Source: the human T2T-CHM13v2.0 reference genome, Homo sapiens
Assembly (NCBI RefSeq): GCF_009914755.1
Contig: NC_060946.1
Strand: one strand, 5' to 3'
DNA length: 64,000 nucleotides
Shown: in pieces, positions 15,575 to 30,396 of the stretch
Position numbering within the stretch: the first letter of the stretch is position 1
Layout: the number at the start of each line of letters is the position of its first letter
Position numbers and translations under genes: made by a program
The notes under the pieces: generated by a model
What the model was told of the DNA's origin: nothing
What the model saw: only the letters and a program-made list of their open reading frames with translations
The model's database searches: none

Positions 15575-18119
15575 AGGGAAGAGGGCAGGGCCCTGAGCCT
15601 GGGATCCCAAGTTCCAGTCTTTCTCTAGCCTCTGAACTCCAGATGTAAGGTGCAGCTGGAACTGCAGGGGCACTGGCTGCAGTGGCCTTCCTGGCCCCAT
15701 CCCTGCAGGCTCCTGAACTAGACTTGAATGAGGGTAAGATCCTGCGGCCTCCCGCAGTGGGGGCAGAATTTGACACTGCTTTTCTGAGAGCGCTCGCACT
15801 GAGGTCTCTTTTTCCCTGCCCAGTGCCGTCCTGGCAGTCTCGGCATGGGTGGTTGAGACCTCCTCGGCTGCTGCCTGCTGCGGGCCTATGTGGGGGTCCT
15901 TACAGGGCCTTTACCTGGGACTGCTCCTTCCCTCAGTCAGTAAACTTTGGTTTACAGCCCAAGGCAGGGAGGGAGCTTGGCTGAGAGGGGATTGGGGGTG
16001 TGGGAGGCTGGGCCCTGAGGACAGGAGCATTTGCCTTTTCTCCCTCAACTCTAACGGGGTCCTCGGACCCCTTCACCAACCAGGGCTTCCAGGTTACACT
16101 TTGGCCAGACTGGCCTTTGCCTCCTGCGAGAGTCAGGCCATTTTTAGGAGCCTGTGCCTCGCCAGAGCAGGTCAGCCTAATGGCCATGAGGCTGAGCTGG
16201 GAGGCCCAGTAAGCAATTCCATTCTGCCTTCCCCACTTGGGTGACTGGAGAGGGCCGAGGAGAGTTTGTGAATGGACCTGGGAGAAATTGCCAAACTGCA
16301 GACTCTGTGAGCCGGCCCTGCCGGCAGGGCGATGGGGGATCCAAGCCCTGTGGAAGAGCCATGCAGCGGACTTTCTTGCCCTCTGACCTCTGAACCAAAC
16401 TCTCATCCTCTTTCTTTCCTTCTAAAAAACCCTAGGACACTACCAGCACCTGGGGGAGGGGTACAGATGTCTGCAAGGCAGCTGATGTGAGAGCAAGAAA
16501 AGGGGCTGCTCTGGCTGGGCTGTGGGAGCCAGGCATTGCTTCTGAGGAAGCAGGAAGTGGGGACCACATGTGGCGGCCATTGAGGAGATGCAATCTCTCT
16601 GGCAGTGGGGAGGGGAAGGGAAAGGAAGGGTGAGCCTGTCCCCAGGGTCTTCTCTGTTAATCCCAAGGCTGGCTTCTAGGGCGTGTGGAGAAGGGACTCT
16701 GGCCCACCTCCCTGAGCTTTTATGAAGGTGAAATGCTTCTGGGAAGTGTTTCCTTAGGCACCAAGACCAGGCAGTGTGGCATGAGCTCATTCTGGAGGGG
16801 AGGGAAGGGAGAGAGGGGGGAGGTGGGATGTGGGGGTGTTACACCTCAGCTCGAGGCGGACACCTTGAAGGTATGGGACATGAAATGTGTAAACTGCAAC
16901 GCGGCAAAGAGATCACTCTCTGGTGTGGAGGGTGGGTGTCTCTGGGGATTAGGGAGGCAGCCTGGGGAAGGGACCGGCCTCCAAGCAAGTCAGCCAAGGG
17001 CATCTGTGCCTCCCCTGCCAGAAGAGCAGGCCCTGCTTTGTCCCTTTACCTCCTCTAGGCCCAAAGCACACCCAGGTCCCTCCCCTGCCCTGACATCTAA
17101 TCTGGGAGGATCCCTGATTGGAATCTCCAAGTCACCACAGCCTTGAGCCAGGCCTTCCTTTCTGCCTCAGTTTCTCCATGTGCCAAGATGGCGTTTTTCA
17201 CACTTTCTTGGTAGAAATGATGGGGAGACCATATGTTAGGAAGCAAGTTGGCATAGTGGGAAGAGGGCCAGCCACAAGGCAGGAGTGCCCAGGCAGGGTG
17301 CCTCTCCCTGCTGGCCTGTGTCCTCGTCCTTATAGCAGTGTGGACAAGATGGTGTCGGCACCCCCCGCTCCAAAAGGCTTGAGACAGAAACTGTAGTCCG
17401 AGATGGCAAGGATTTTGAACTCACAAAATGCAGCTCTTCATGTTTGCCTGTCTGCCTAGGCACCGGCCCACTCTGTTCTGCCTCTTGGCTTCTCAGCTGT
17501 GAGTACGCCTGCCCTCTGTTCCAGCACTTGCACATACTTTGTGAAGCAGTCTCTTACTCATCAAATCTCAAGGGTACATCTGGCCCTCCCAGTTGGATGG
17601 CAAGTTCAAGGGTGGATCATGCCCTTGGTCCCTGCACAGCAGCTTCTGCAAGGCTGGTTACATTGGAAGGGCTCTAGGAGGAACAGGATAAGGCAGCACT
17701 CTCGGGGCTGGGGTCTGGCTTCACTGCACCCCCCTCCCACCCCACACCACCACCAAGCTGCTGTCTTTCTGAGTCAGCTTCTGTAGGGTAAGTGTTCACA
17801 GCTGGTGCAGCTCTTTGGGAAACCTAACCTCCCAGTGAGCTGAGCCCCTGGTGCGGCCGCCACGCTTGCTTCTGCCCCACAAGGGCAGTAAGCACAGGAC
17901 TTCTGGATGGATCTGGGAGCCTGCCCCTTGGGATTTGGCAAAACTTCCCATCTCCTTAGCTACCTGTCCTTAATCTTATCCCTGACCCCTCGAGGGCTTT
18001 CAAGATAGCCTCTGTTAACATCACTACCCTCTGCCTGTGTAGAACTTTATAGAAAGGCTAGGCAAAAAATGAGACCCAGAGATATGGAAGAAACTGGCCA
18101 AAGAGGGGAAAGTGGGCTA

Positions 18120-18946
18120 TTTCTTTTTTTTTTTTCTTTTTTTTTTCTGAGACAGAGTCTCACCCTGTTGCCCAGGCTGGAGTGCAGTGACAGCGATCTT
18201 GGCTCACTGCAAGCTCCGCCTCCCGGGTTCACGCCATTCTTCTGCCTCAGCCTCCTGAGCAGCTATGACTACAGGTGCCCACCACCATGCCTGGCTAATT
18301 TTTTTATATTTTTATTAGAGACAGGGTTTCACCATGTTAGCCAGGTTGGTCTTGATCTCCTGACCTTGTGATCCGCCCGCCTCGGCCTCCCAAAGTGCTG
18401 GGATTACAGGCCACCGTACCCGGCCAGGCTATTTTTTTGTTTTGTTTTTGTTTACTACTGTATTGCTTTTCTCTTTTTCATATTTATTGAGCACCTACTA
18501 TATGCCAGTCACCATGCTAGATGCTTTAGTAACATGAAGGTTTCAAACTAAGAAAAGCTCAACAAAGAGCCCTTTAGAAAGGTAACAGTTTTCCTGTGTA
18601 TTGGGGGAGTGGGTCTCATAAGGTTGTATGATGAGAAGCGCAAGTAATTGTTTTGTTTTTTTTTTGAGACAATGTCTTGCTCTGTCGATCAGGCTGGAGT
18701 GCAGTGGCGTCATCTCAGCTCGCTACAACCTCCACCTCCTGGGTTTAAGTGATTCTCTGGCCTCAGCCTCCTGAGTAGCTGAGATTACAGGCACGCGCCA
18801 CCACGCCCGGCTAATTTTTGTATTTTTAGTAGAGACAGGGTTTCACTATGTTGGTCAGGCTGATCTTGAACTCCCGGCCTCAGGTGATCTGCCTGCCTTG
18901 GCCTCCCAAACTGCTGGGATTACAGGCATGAGCCACCACGCCCAGC
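18120..18946 (-). mobile_element. Two antisense Alus (18120-18425 Y-like; 18650-18946 S-like)
   Basis: Poly-T plus bodies. Confidence 0.9.
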
Positions 18947-19039
18947 CTGGCTAAGGTTCATTATCCCCATCTTTCAGATGAGGAGGCACACAACTCTCCC
19001 CAGATCCCACGTCACAGAGAATGCAGGTCTGAGTCTGTT

Positions 19040-19255
19040 CCTTGAGCTCAGGGTCTTGGCAATGGTGATGCTTTGGAGCTGCAGAATCCTCTGTTGGGGA
19101 TGGGGCTGCCCTGTGCATTATAGTACGTTTAGCAACATCCCTAGCTTCCACCTACTAAATGCCACTAGCACTCCTTCAGATGAGACCACCAAAAATGTCT
19201 CCAGATGTTACCACATGTCCCCTGGGGGGTAAAAGTGCCCCCGTTGAGAGCACTG
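19040..19255. mobile_element. MER20 DNA transposon (hAT-Charlie)
   Basis: ggggctgccctgtgcattatagtacgtttagcaacatccc...aaaatgtctccaga...gttgagagcactg. Confidence 0.8.
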
Positions 19256-21559
19256 GCTCTTTTCTTCACAGTCCTGACCTGGTGGCCTGCACAGGCCACT
19301 TCTCCGAAGTGTTTCAATGCACTCTCTGCCCTGGGTACCTTGGACACAGCACCCTGGCCCAGAGAGGTTGGCTGACTTGCCTGAGACGCTGCTTCCTGGG
19401 AGACGCAGTAGCATCTTTCCTTTCTGTTCTGGTTATCTTTCTTAGTTCTTTACCACCTTATATTCCCCATGACAGGTGTGTTTATGTACACACATCTGCC
19501 TCACTCCACTCAGCTCCCTGTCAGGTTTCCTGCCAGTCTGTCCCTCTTCCTTCAGGCTCAGCTACGTCCTGCACAGACAGTACCACTGCACATACCTGTG
19601 TGTGCCCAGCGGTGGACCCACCTCCAAAAGCAGCCAGTGCTGACAGCAGAGAGCCTTCCACACTCAAGTCAGGCCAAGCAGGAATCGCTACCTGCCTGTC
19701 ATGACCACATTCTCAGTGAACATTGACAAAGCCCCCTTAGCAGCTAATTAGCCCTGCCGTGCGCTAGGGATGCAATTTCTCATCTGGCAGTGCGCCACAC
19801 TCCTGCCTCCCTGCCCAAAGGACGTAGTGGCTGCTGCTGATCGTCTGCACTGCTGTTCCAGGGGCAGGAGGTTTGCTGCAAATCAGGTACCCCCAGCTCA
19901 GTGAGCAGAACCAGTCCAAGGTTGAGTGAGGAGAAGGGCAAGAAGGGCAGGCACAGCCGTGAGTATGTTCTGGGGCTAAGTAACCATGAGATCAGCCCAG
20001 AGACCTTGCACAGTTAGGCAGGCCTGGACTTCTCGCCCTTCCCCTTGCAGCTTCTGCTCTCCCAGCTAGGGACTGAGGAAAGCCCTGCTTCTAGATGCCA
20101 TGTGCTGCTGCCTGGCACGATAGGTACCCATCTGTCCTTGGGGTTCCTGAGCCTGGAGAGCGGGCTTTGTGAGCACTGGTGCCTCACCTGCCTGGCTCAG
20201 CTCTGCAGCCACAATATATGCTTAATACCTATTTGTTAAATGATTGAAGACTTGACTGCCATTCAGTACAGAGAATTAGCCAGGTGAATAAACAGGATGT
20301 GTCATAGAGGTTCTAGAATTGATCATGACCCTTTCTGTCTCATTCCTGACTTCTAATACCGTATATGCCAAATGGGGTTCTGCTGTGATTTAATTTCTTA
20401 AGGACTGGGTTTATCAAAAGTCCCTCCTGATCTAATCCTTTCCTCTAGGAAGGCTTCTCCTTTCTTCATCTGTCCTAAGTGCATGGTCTTCATCTCCTGG
20501 GTGGTCCAGACTAGGTGGCACTGGGCCTGCAGGCCTCTAGCTGCTCAAGGATGGCCCTGTCTGCATGCTTCCTTTCAAAAGCTAGCATAGAAAGGAGGGC
20601 CCAAGGTGAGGAAATTTGTCCAAAGTCACCCAATGAGTCGCAGGAAGGGCTAGAATCTGGTTATCTGGACCGTCCTAGAGCACTTTCACAGTGACAGCCG
20701 GCTGGAATCAAGTTTTCATTTAGAAAAATGGCTAGAAGTTAGGGCATTGCCTGCAGCCACTGAAAAGCAGCTTTAGGAGCAGATGTCCACGTAATAGAAG
20801 GAGATGGGCTAGGGCCTGCCACGGAAGCCAGCAAGCGCGTGGGAGCTGGGGGAGGAAAGGAGCAAAAGGCAAGAACAGGCAGTATGTCCGCGGTGCCCAC
20901 AGTGCTGTGGGTACAAGCAAGGGGAAAAGAGCCCATGGTGTGCAGAAAACCATGCGTCATGATTCTTATTTCCTGCTCGCAGCTTTGACTCTCTGCCTCA
21001 TCTCTTCCTGGAAGTGTCTTGGAAGTTAGGCGACTGCACAGGGAAAGGTTCGCTGCAGTGCTTGCAGGCCTGCACCCATTTATTCATCCGGTGGATATTT
21101 GCTGGGTGCCCGGCCTGGGGATCCATGGTGAGCGAGGAAGGCATGGTATTGAAGTGGTATGCCTGCATGACCTTGGCGGGGGCGCATGGCATAGAGAGGA
21201 CAGGCTTCAGAACAGGCAGGCAAGGGCTGAAATCCTATCTCTGCCACCGAACAGCTAATGACCCCAGCAAGCAATTTCACATCCCCGAACTTTCCTGTTT
21301 CCTCATGTGTCAAATGGGGATGATCTCGAGACGACTCTCCAGAGTAACCACGTGAAGCACCTAGCACAGGGGCTGACGCAAACAGCTGGGCATCGGAGGA
21401 GCCTCCAGGGTTGTGACCTCCAGTGGCTTATTTTCCTTTTGGGATCTTCTCTCCTAGATCCTCCCCTTTAATTCCCTGTGAAATTTACCACTTTCATATT
21501 GAATCGTTGGCACACAGGGCTAACTGCTTGTTCACCTGAAGGAAGCTACAGAGTTCAGG

Positions 21560-21892
21560 TTTCTTTTTTCTTTCTTTCTTTCTTTTTTGCTTTTTTAAGA
21601 TGATCTTGCTCCGTCACCCAGGCTGGAGTGCAGTGGCGTAATCATGGCTTCCTGCAGCCTCAAACTCCTGGGCTCAATGAGTTCCTTGAGATCTTCCATC
21701 CTCAGCTTCCCAAGTAGCTAGTAGTAGTAGTGGCTTGCACCAACGCTCCTGCCCTAATTTTCAATATTTTTTTGTAGAGATAGGATCTCACTGTGTTACC
21801 CAAGCTAGACTTGAACTCCTGGCCTCAAGCGATCCTTCCGCCTTGGCCTCCCAAAGTGTTGGGATTACAGGCATTAGCTACCACACCTGGCC
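21560..21892 (-). mobile_element. Alu (J-like)
   Basis: Antisense body. Confidence 0.88.
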
Positions 21893-22066
21893 AAGGCCCA
21901 GGTTTCGACAGAAAGGGAGAGAAAACCTGCCAGAGATGCCATTTCGGAGCCACTCTGCTTGGCAGGGACCTGTGTTCCCCTCATGCAGGTTCATCCTTAG
22001 AGGGCTGCGGTCTTATCTGGTTGTGCAAAAGTCCCACAACCTTTCTGGATTGATAGTTTGTGGTGA

Positions 22067-22120
22067 AATAAACAATTTTAGTTTGTTTGGAGAATCTTTT
22101 GTATACAAAATACAAATAAA
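22067..22120 (+). terminator. Intermediate poly(A) signal cluster
   Basis: Two AATAAA (22067, 22115) with a TGTA element in between, in an AT-rich patch amid GC-rich sequence. Confidence 0.55.
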
Positions 22121-22442
22121 ACCTAAATCAAAGAAACAGAGCATGTCCGGAGAAGTCTGCCAACCCTTCTCCAGGCCATGGGGCTTCCCAAGCCAGGCCT
22201 GTACTCCTCATGTAGATTCCACACCCCGCCTTGATGTCTTTGGCTTTCACACTAGTGACTATAGCCTGGTGGGACGGGGTCTAGGGGCCACAGTCCTGGT
22301 CCTGCGCAGGTGGCCCTGGAGAGAAGCCTTGGAGAACTTGGAGAAGCCCACGCGGCTGGCAGCATCATGGTGAGAGGCTGACACCTTGTGGCTGGCTGGC
22401 AGCATACGTCCTTCCTCCCCTAGGTCAGCTAGACGGCCAAAG

Positions 22443-23045
<603 letters not shown>

Positions 23046-23291
23046 GCCTAGGACACCTCTCCTTTATGCCTCCGCTCCCAACACGGACTCTCAACTCTCA
23101 TGTTTACCTTGTCATTGTTCTGTCAAGAGGAATTCACTAGTCTCACTCCTCCAACCAGACCGCTGCCACTAAGGCTTCTTCTGAACAGAAATTCTGGATT
23201 TGTTCTCACCCATTTCATAAATGTACATAAGCACCCATCAGGTGCCAAGCCCTGTGCTGAGATGCCTGCAGAGCCCAGAGTTTTCACCAAC

Positions 23292-23578
<287 letters not shown>

Positions 23579-23589
23579 TCAACATTTAA

Positions 23590-23910
23590 TTTTTTCATTC
23601 ATTCATTCGTTCATTCATTTGTTCAAACGAACTTATTGAGAACTTACTGTGTTCCAGGCACTGTGATAAGATAGACCTGGCCTTTACCTTCAAATGTTCA
23701 GAACATGGTTAGGAAGATGGATACTGGGAGGCAAGTGTTCTGATGGGAAAGCACAGCATGTAAAGAAGCCCAGAGGAGGCACTTAACCTGGGGGAGAAGA
23801 ACAGGGTAGGCTTCCTGGAGGAGGAGGTAATCTCTGAGCCGATACCTGAGGAGTGAATGGAGGAGGGGACAATGAGGCAAGGCATTCCAGGGAAAGGTCC
23901 AGAGCCTAGA
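23590..23910 (-). mobile_element. L2 3' fragment
   Basis: cattcattc...ttattgagaacttactgtgttccaggcactgtg...ggcttcctggaggagg. Confidence 0.65.
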
Positions 23911-24676
23911 CAGAACTCTTTTAGGAGAATTATGAGAATCACAATTATCGAGGACACAGTGAAGACTCAGATAACTCAAATATAGGTTTTGCCCGCAAAG
24001 CCTTCCTGTCTGGTGGGTGAGACAGTCTACAGCAAGCTGCTCCAAGGATATGGAGAAAAAAGTTTTTCCTCTGGCCTTGTAGGATTGGTTATTACTGAGC
24101 CTGGAGTACGCAAAGGCCAGCGAGTGCTCCTAAGGCAGGGAGGGGGCTGCCTTCACTATGGGTGCTCAGGAAATCTGCCAGGGGAAGGGAGATGTGGGCC
24201 TGCCTCGGCTGCAGAAACCCCTCAGAGGAGGAGGAGGGGCTTGAACTGAGCTTTGAAGAAAGTGTAGACTTGGGGACAGGCAGAGGAAGAGGGGGCATCA
24301 TAGGCAGCAGAAACCACATGGACAAACTCTCTGCCGGAGAATGGGCATGGCCGGGCTGAGGGGTCCCTGGACAGGAACCAGCCTTCCCTATGCACCTGCA
24401 CCCGTGAGTCTCACAACAGCCCCAACAGGCAAGTGTTATTTTCCTCAATTCTACCAATTAAAAACTGACCTTGGGCAACTGCTTAACCTATCTCTGCCTT
24501 ACTTTCTTCATCTGTATCTACCTCAGAAAGTTACTATGAGGACTGAATAAGCTCATACATATACAATGCTTGGAGCAGAGGCTGGTACTAGAGCTGGCTT
24601 CATGGGCATGAAACCTGTGAACACAGAACCCCATGCTTTCATTTTCCACTTAGTCCTGCCTGGCATAGTATGCAGT

Positions 24677-24971
<295 letters not shown>

Positions 24972-25809
24972 TGGTATGTGGGTTAAAATGTTAGGTTTTA
25001 TCATTATCTTAGGTGGAGAATAACAAATCCGATTCAATATATTCATTTTAGAAACGAGGAAACTGAAGCTTAGATAGTTTGTGTGACTTGCAAAAAGTCA
25101 CGCAGCAAACAAGCTGCAGAATGAAGGGTGGAGATGGAGAGATAGAATTCTCATCTTAGAGGTGAAAGTAGGATAATGACCCAGCTGAGCTTGCTGAGTC
25201 CTGCGAGCGTCGCACGCCCCCAGAGACAACATAAGGAGAGAAGTGCAGACAGATTCCTTTGAAGGAGCTTAGAGAAAGAGATGGTAGGGAAAAGAGCATG
25301 AACAGTTGTAGAGGTAGGAGGAAAGCTGGCTATTTGGGGAAGCAAAGAAAAGATTCTCAGAGTAAAACGTATTGGTGAAGCCATGGAAACAAGGACTGAG
25401 AAAGTCTCTTGGATCTTGGCCACAAAAAGGTTATAGATGAGCTTAGAGAAATGAATTTCAGTAGAGTTAGGGCTAGAAGCCAGGTTCAGAGAGAGAAAAC
25501 GAGAGAGCATTCCTGGTGGTGGAGATGGCCGCAGGCCATTATTTAAAAAGCTAGGATAAGAAAATAGAGAAGAAAGGGAAGGAAGCTATTTGAAGGGAGT
25601 GGGAGAAAAGCCAGATCTCAGTTGGGACGTGGAGGAAGGACCACCAGAGGCAGTAATTTAGCCGGAAAGAGGTGTATTTCTTTCCTTGAGTTTATAGGGG
25701 GTAAAGAGGATGGGGCTGAGATACTAAAGACTACGAGGACAACTGTTCATTGAGGGCTGGTCATCTCCCCAGCTGCACTGTGGGGTTCCCAAGTCAGACA
25801 TCCCAGAGG

Positions 25810-26020
25810 CAATATAGCAGCGTGGACAAGAGCTTACTCGTTGGAGTCAGACCGCCTAGGTTCAACGATGGGTTAGTTAGCCCTTCAGTGCCTCCATTTT
25901 CCTATCTAGAAAATGTGGATAACAATGGTTGTTGTGAAGATTAACAGCCATAATCCACGTAAAGCCCTCAGTACAGTGTATGACACACAGCAAGTGTCCA
26001 CCAAAGGGTAGTTATTATTA
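25810..26020 (+). mobile_element. MIR SINE
   Basis: ggagtcagacc...cctccattttcctatctagaaaatgtggataac. Confidence 0.6.
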
Positions 26021-27410
26021 ACCATAATCCTGGTTCTCTTGTGAGCTGCCTCCTGTGTGTCTAGCATTGGCCAGCACACATGAGGGGGTCCAGTGTTTGC
26101 TGCTTAACTAAGTAGCTTCTCAGGAAGTGTGGTCATAAAAAATGATAGGTGATTTAGAAGGTGAGACAGACACAAGGGATGTGTTGCACAGTAAATGCTC
26201 CCAGACATGCAATAAATGCTTATAAGCATGCCCTCTGTAATCAGCCCTCTTTAGAGAGTTTCCCTGCCTCATTGCTCTTGGTCTTTGGCAATGGCTACAC
26301 CCACTGCCCAAGCAAGCAGTATCAGCTGTCAGCTGTCCCCTTGTCTTTTGGATCAGATTCCTTTACAGGGATCTTCCCATTGTTATAAGCTTCAAGAATT
26401 GGAGAATGCTTAATGAACACTTCCAAATTCTTCATAGCTATGAGGGGCCAGTGCAAAGGGCGGAAGGAGTTCTTCTGTGTCACAGAAATTAGAGCTGGAG
26501 CAGATCCAGCTTGCTATCCCCCCTTCCCCCAGCTTGTGGGTTATTGCAGAATTGTTCACAAAAATTCCCATTGCCTTGGAATTTGTCCAAGCCGAGGGCA
26601 GGGATCACAACACAACCTCTCAAGGGAAAAAAGGAAGGCCTGTTGCTTGAGATGGCTCAGAGCACTTTTGGTAGCCAGCCAAGGCAGCTATCACTCATGA
26701 AATCTGCCTTCCCCTCCAGCAAAAAGCCAACTGTATAGAACACCACATATAGAGCGCTAAGAATAGCACAGCGCTCCAAGAACATAGTGCACTTGGCCTG
26801 CATACAAGTGTGCAGGGCTTAACGAGTCTTTTTACTCTGAAAGCTGGGTGGGTTGGAACAAACAAACAGAAAAATATTTTCCCCAAGTAGCATGCAGAGA
26901 GGAAATGAGAGCAAGCACAAGAGAGCACCCTGGCATAGCATTCTCTGACCTGGGCTGCCTTTTCAGGGTATGAGTTGATTCCGCAGGCACCAAGGCATGC
27001 CTGTAAGCCCTACAGGGCAGACGCCCTCACCCCAATCATTGGCTTAACATTCACACCAGGCTGAGTAAGCCCCAAAAGTCCTGCCATTGGCTCTGACAGG
27101 AATTGAAACCCATCTTCTCCACAATAAATATTTGATTGACAGATTGGCTTCCTTCCTATAAGTATAGAAAGCGAGGGCAGGTTCCATCCAAAGCCGCAGT
27201 TCTGGGTGATGAGAGCTCTGAGAGCCCAGAAAAGACCCTGAACCACATCCCACTGTTTGTTGGAAGAAGAAACTCATTTGTGGGTCTGTTCATAAAAGAG
27301 TCTGGGAAGATAGTCTCCTTAACAGTGTCTGGATGTAACAGACTATGGGCGGCTTTTACTTTATAACTTTCTATATTGTCTGAAATACAGAATATTAAAT
27401 ATTGAGTTAA

Positions 27411-27797
<387 letters not shown>

Positions 27798-29072
27798 TAG
27801 GAGAAGGTTTCAGGCATTTGTTTTGTCTCTGGGAGGGAAGGCACAATGAGGTGGAGTGGACAAATTGCTGAGGCCTTTATGGACAAAGATTCTAAGAAGA
27901 ACAGGCTTTGGCCATCTCTGGATATTCCCATTCTGCTCCCTGCCACCAGAGAGCAAATGTCGTAGGTCACCACACATCACCAGTCTCTTGCCTAGCTAAC
28001 CGTAACTCATTCTTTAGTTCTCCTTGAAGGTGTCACTTCTTCCAGGAAGCCATTTCTGTCCCTCCCGAGATGGAGTCCCATGTCCCTACCATTTGCTTCC
28101 AGGGCACCTTCTCACAGCACTGCATCATGGTTATCTGCTTATCTGCTGGACACCCCTACTCGACTGAGGTCCTTGAAGGAAGAGAGAGTGTATCACTCAT
28201 CTGCATAGCCTTTGTAACTTAGTAAAAGTGCCTGACATGCTCACTAAACATTTACTGAGTAATTATTTATTTGGGGGCCTTTTACGATCAGAACAATGTG
28301 AAGGACACAAAGATGAAAAAGAAACCATCTGCTTCAAGGTACTTACAACTGAAATGTATCAAACAATTACCCAGAAAGTCAAGCACCAACTTAAGTGCTA
28401 AAATAGGGGTCCAAGCAACCAACTTTGAAGATTAGGAAGGTTTTAGATTCTGAATGTTTCTCATTCATTGTGTTTTTGAGTTCAGAATCCCCATACTGGA
28501 AGGCTAATATGGGGTATGTGCATACAATTTTAAGGACTCACGTTCTTACAACCTATATTAGAATTTGACGCACGATCTTTCTTCTGTCCTTCTTGCAGTT
28601 GCCCTAGGAATACATGCCACTTACTCTTAATTGACGTTTATGAAATACCTTGGCTTCATTTGCTGAAAGGCTCTAAGTGTTGAGCATTGTTACTATGTTA
28701 CAATGGTTGTTTTATTATTAAAGCAGTGCCAAGGAGGTTACACAACAGCTTGGATCAGGAAGTGAAACAAGGGCGGTGATCCCACTGAAGCTACAGGGGA
28801 TGGGGATTTGGGACGGTAAAATGTTAATTACCCAAGATGGAATGTGGGCTAGAGTCCAGCGTTGTGCTCCTGGAGATCATTTCGGTCGCAAAAGCTCACT
28901 GGCAATGGGTCCTAAGCGTCCTGCCCTCCTCTGGCTGAAATGTTGGATTCACTTCGATGAATGCTGCTATAGGGAAAGAACCCAGTGGCCACCAGCCAGG
29001 AGCACACGTCTTGCTCAGCATCAACTATCCTGGAAGATTTCCAGGAGCTGAAGGGCTGTTCTCTTTGCATGC

Positions 29073-29078
29073 AATAAA
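29073..29078 (+). terminator. Distal poly(A) signal of a long FAM83F 3' UTR
   Basis: AATAAA followed by T/TC-rich downstream sequence; consistent with my recollection that FAM83F ends ~1.3 kb before the TNRC6B TSS. Confidence 0.55.
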
Positions 29079-29599
29079 TTATTCATTTCTAAGACGATTT
29101 ATTCTGTCTCTCTCTTTAGACTTGATTTCTCCTAGTTTTCCAGCTCTTGAGGACTCTCTCCAAAGAATGAGTTGTAGATGGTTGGTCAGGGGTTGCGAGT
29201 GGTGCCTAGGCTTCGCATAAAAGGAGGCAGAAATGTCTACCTTAAAGGGGAGAGGAATGGGTCCTGGGGAGGAAGATGTGGTGGAGGCAATGACAACCTT
29301 TCCATAGTAAGTCCCCAACAAAGTCACTTCTAGAAACTGACTGAAGACTTTGAGTTCCAAATGAAACGTTTTTAAGATGCTAGGTTGGCTGACAAGTACA
29401 TCGTCTAAGGTGGAGGCACTAAAGCATAATAAAAAGAGTGAAGTCTCTGCAGTTTGACCCAGGACCAGATGCCAGGCCCACCAACGACTCTGTATCTGGA
29501 TGACCTTGGGCAAGTTTTCTAAGCTCTCGCCAGCCTTAATTTCCCATCTATAAAAACTGGATACTGCATTACTCCCAGGTTTAACCAGATAATGTTTGT

Positions 29600-30396
29600 G
29601 AAGAAAGCAGCCCAATACTTGGCACAAAATAGGCAAGGGAGTCACTATTATCGTCAACTACTGGCCAAACAACCAGAGTTGACCCCAAATCCCCAGTAAA
29701 CAATTAACCGTAGCAGAGCGAATCCGGATCTGACGCACCTATTTGCCCAATAAGGTGCCAGGAAATAACACAGTGGAGTCAAACCAATGGTATTAGCCCT
29801 TGTTGATGGACGGGCTTTCTTGCTGTTCCACCAATAGCTTGAAGATTTGACTGGGGAGTGACATCCTGACAGTCCAATGACGCACAACCAGCCCACACTC
29901 AGCACTTCGGAGGGGATAAATCAAGGAGCCGGCACGTATGGATTCCGTTATAGGGCAGTACTGGTTGGAGAGAGGAGCTTAGGGAAACAGCGCCGAGGCA
30001 AGGCACTAATGAGCTAAAAATAAAGAAAAAAGACGATGGTTGCGCCAAGCGACCTCGGCCGCCATCATGCTCTAATTTCCCCTGAGTCTCTCTGGGTCCT
30101 CGACCGAGGAAGCGGCCTCTGGGATGCTGAGGGGGTGTGTCCCCACATGATTGGCTCAGGCAGCTCAGCCAATCCTAGCTCGTTAAACGGGAAGCACTTA
30201 ACCAATGAGGGGCGAAGGCAGCAACGAGGAATTGGAGGGGCGGAACGACAGCTTGACGGGCACAAAAGCCAGCCAGTGAGAGCCGGAAGCATCCTCCCTG
30301 CGGCCAATGGAGTGGGGCTCTGGGCGGGCCCCCGAGTGTTTGTGTTGTGGTTTTGGGGGAGGGATGCGGAGGGGAAAGTTTGTTTATTTTGTTTTT
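29600..30396 (+). promoter_or_regulatory. TNRC6B: Promoter with CCAAT-box cluster, ETS and GC boxes (upstream TNRC6B promoter)
   Basis: 10 CCAAT/ATTGG pentamers 29612-30308, CCGGAAGC at 30283, GGGCGGG at 30322, no obvious TATA box. Confidence 0.8.

Noticed and set aside
19159-19704. 181-aa ORF in the FAM83F 3' region
   Set aside because: Begins in MER20, no recognisable homology; most likely UTR or non-coding sequence
21735-22373. 212-aa ORF, and similar Alu-containing ORFs across the window
   Set aside because: Starts within an antisense Alu with typical Alu-translation text and a non-ATG start; no splice or domain support
28446-28514. Two adjacent small hairpins (gattctgaa/ttcagaatc; ccccata/tatgggg)
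   Set aside because: 7-9 bp stems arise by chance in 64 kb; no pre-miRNA or snoRNA features
29079-29657. 192-aa minus-strand ORF upstream of the promoter
   Set aside because: Its N-terminal half is MIR-like; no protein family features
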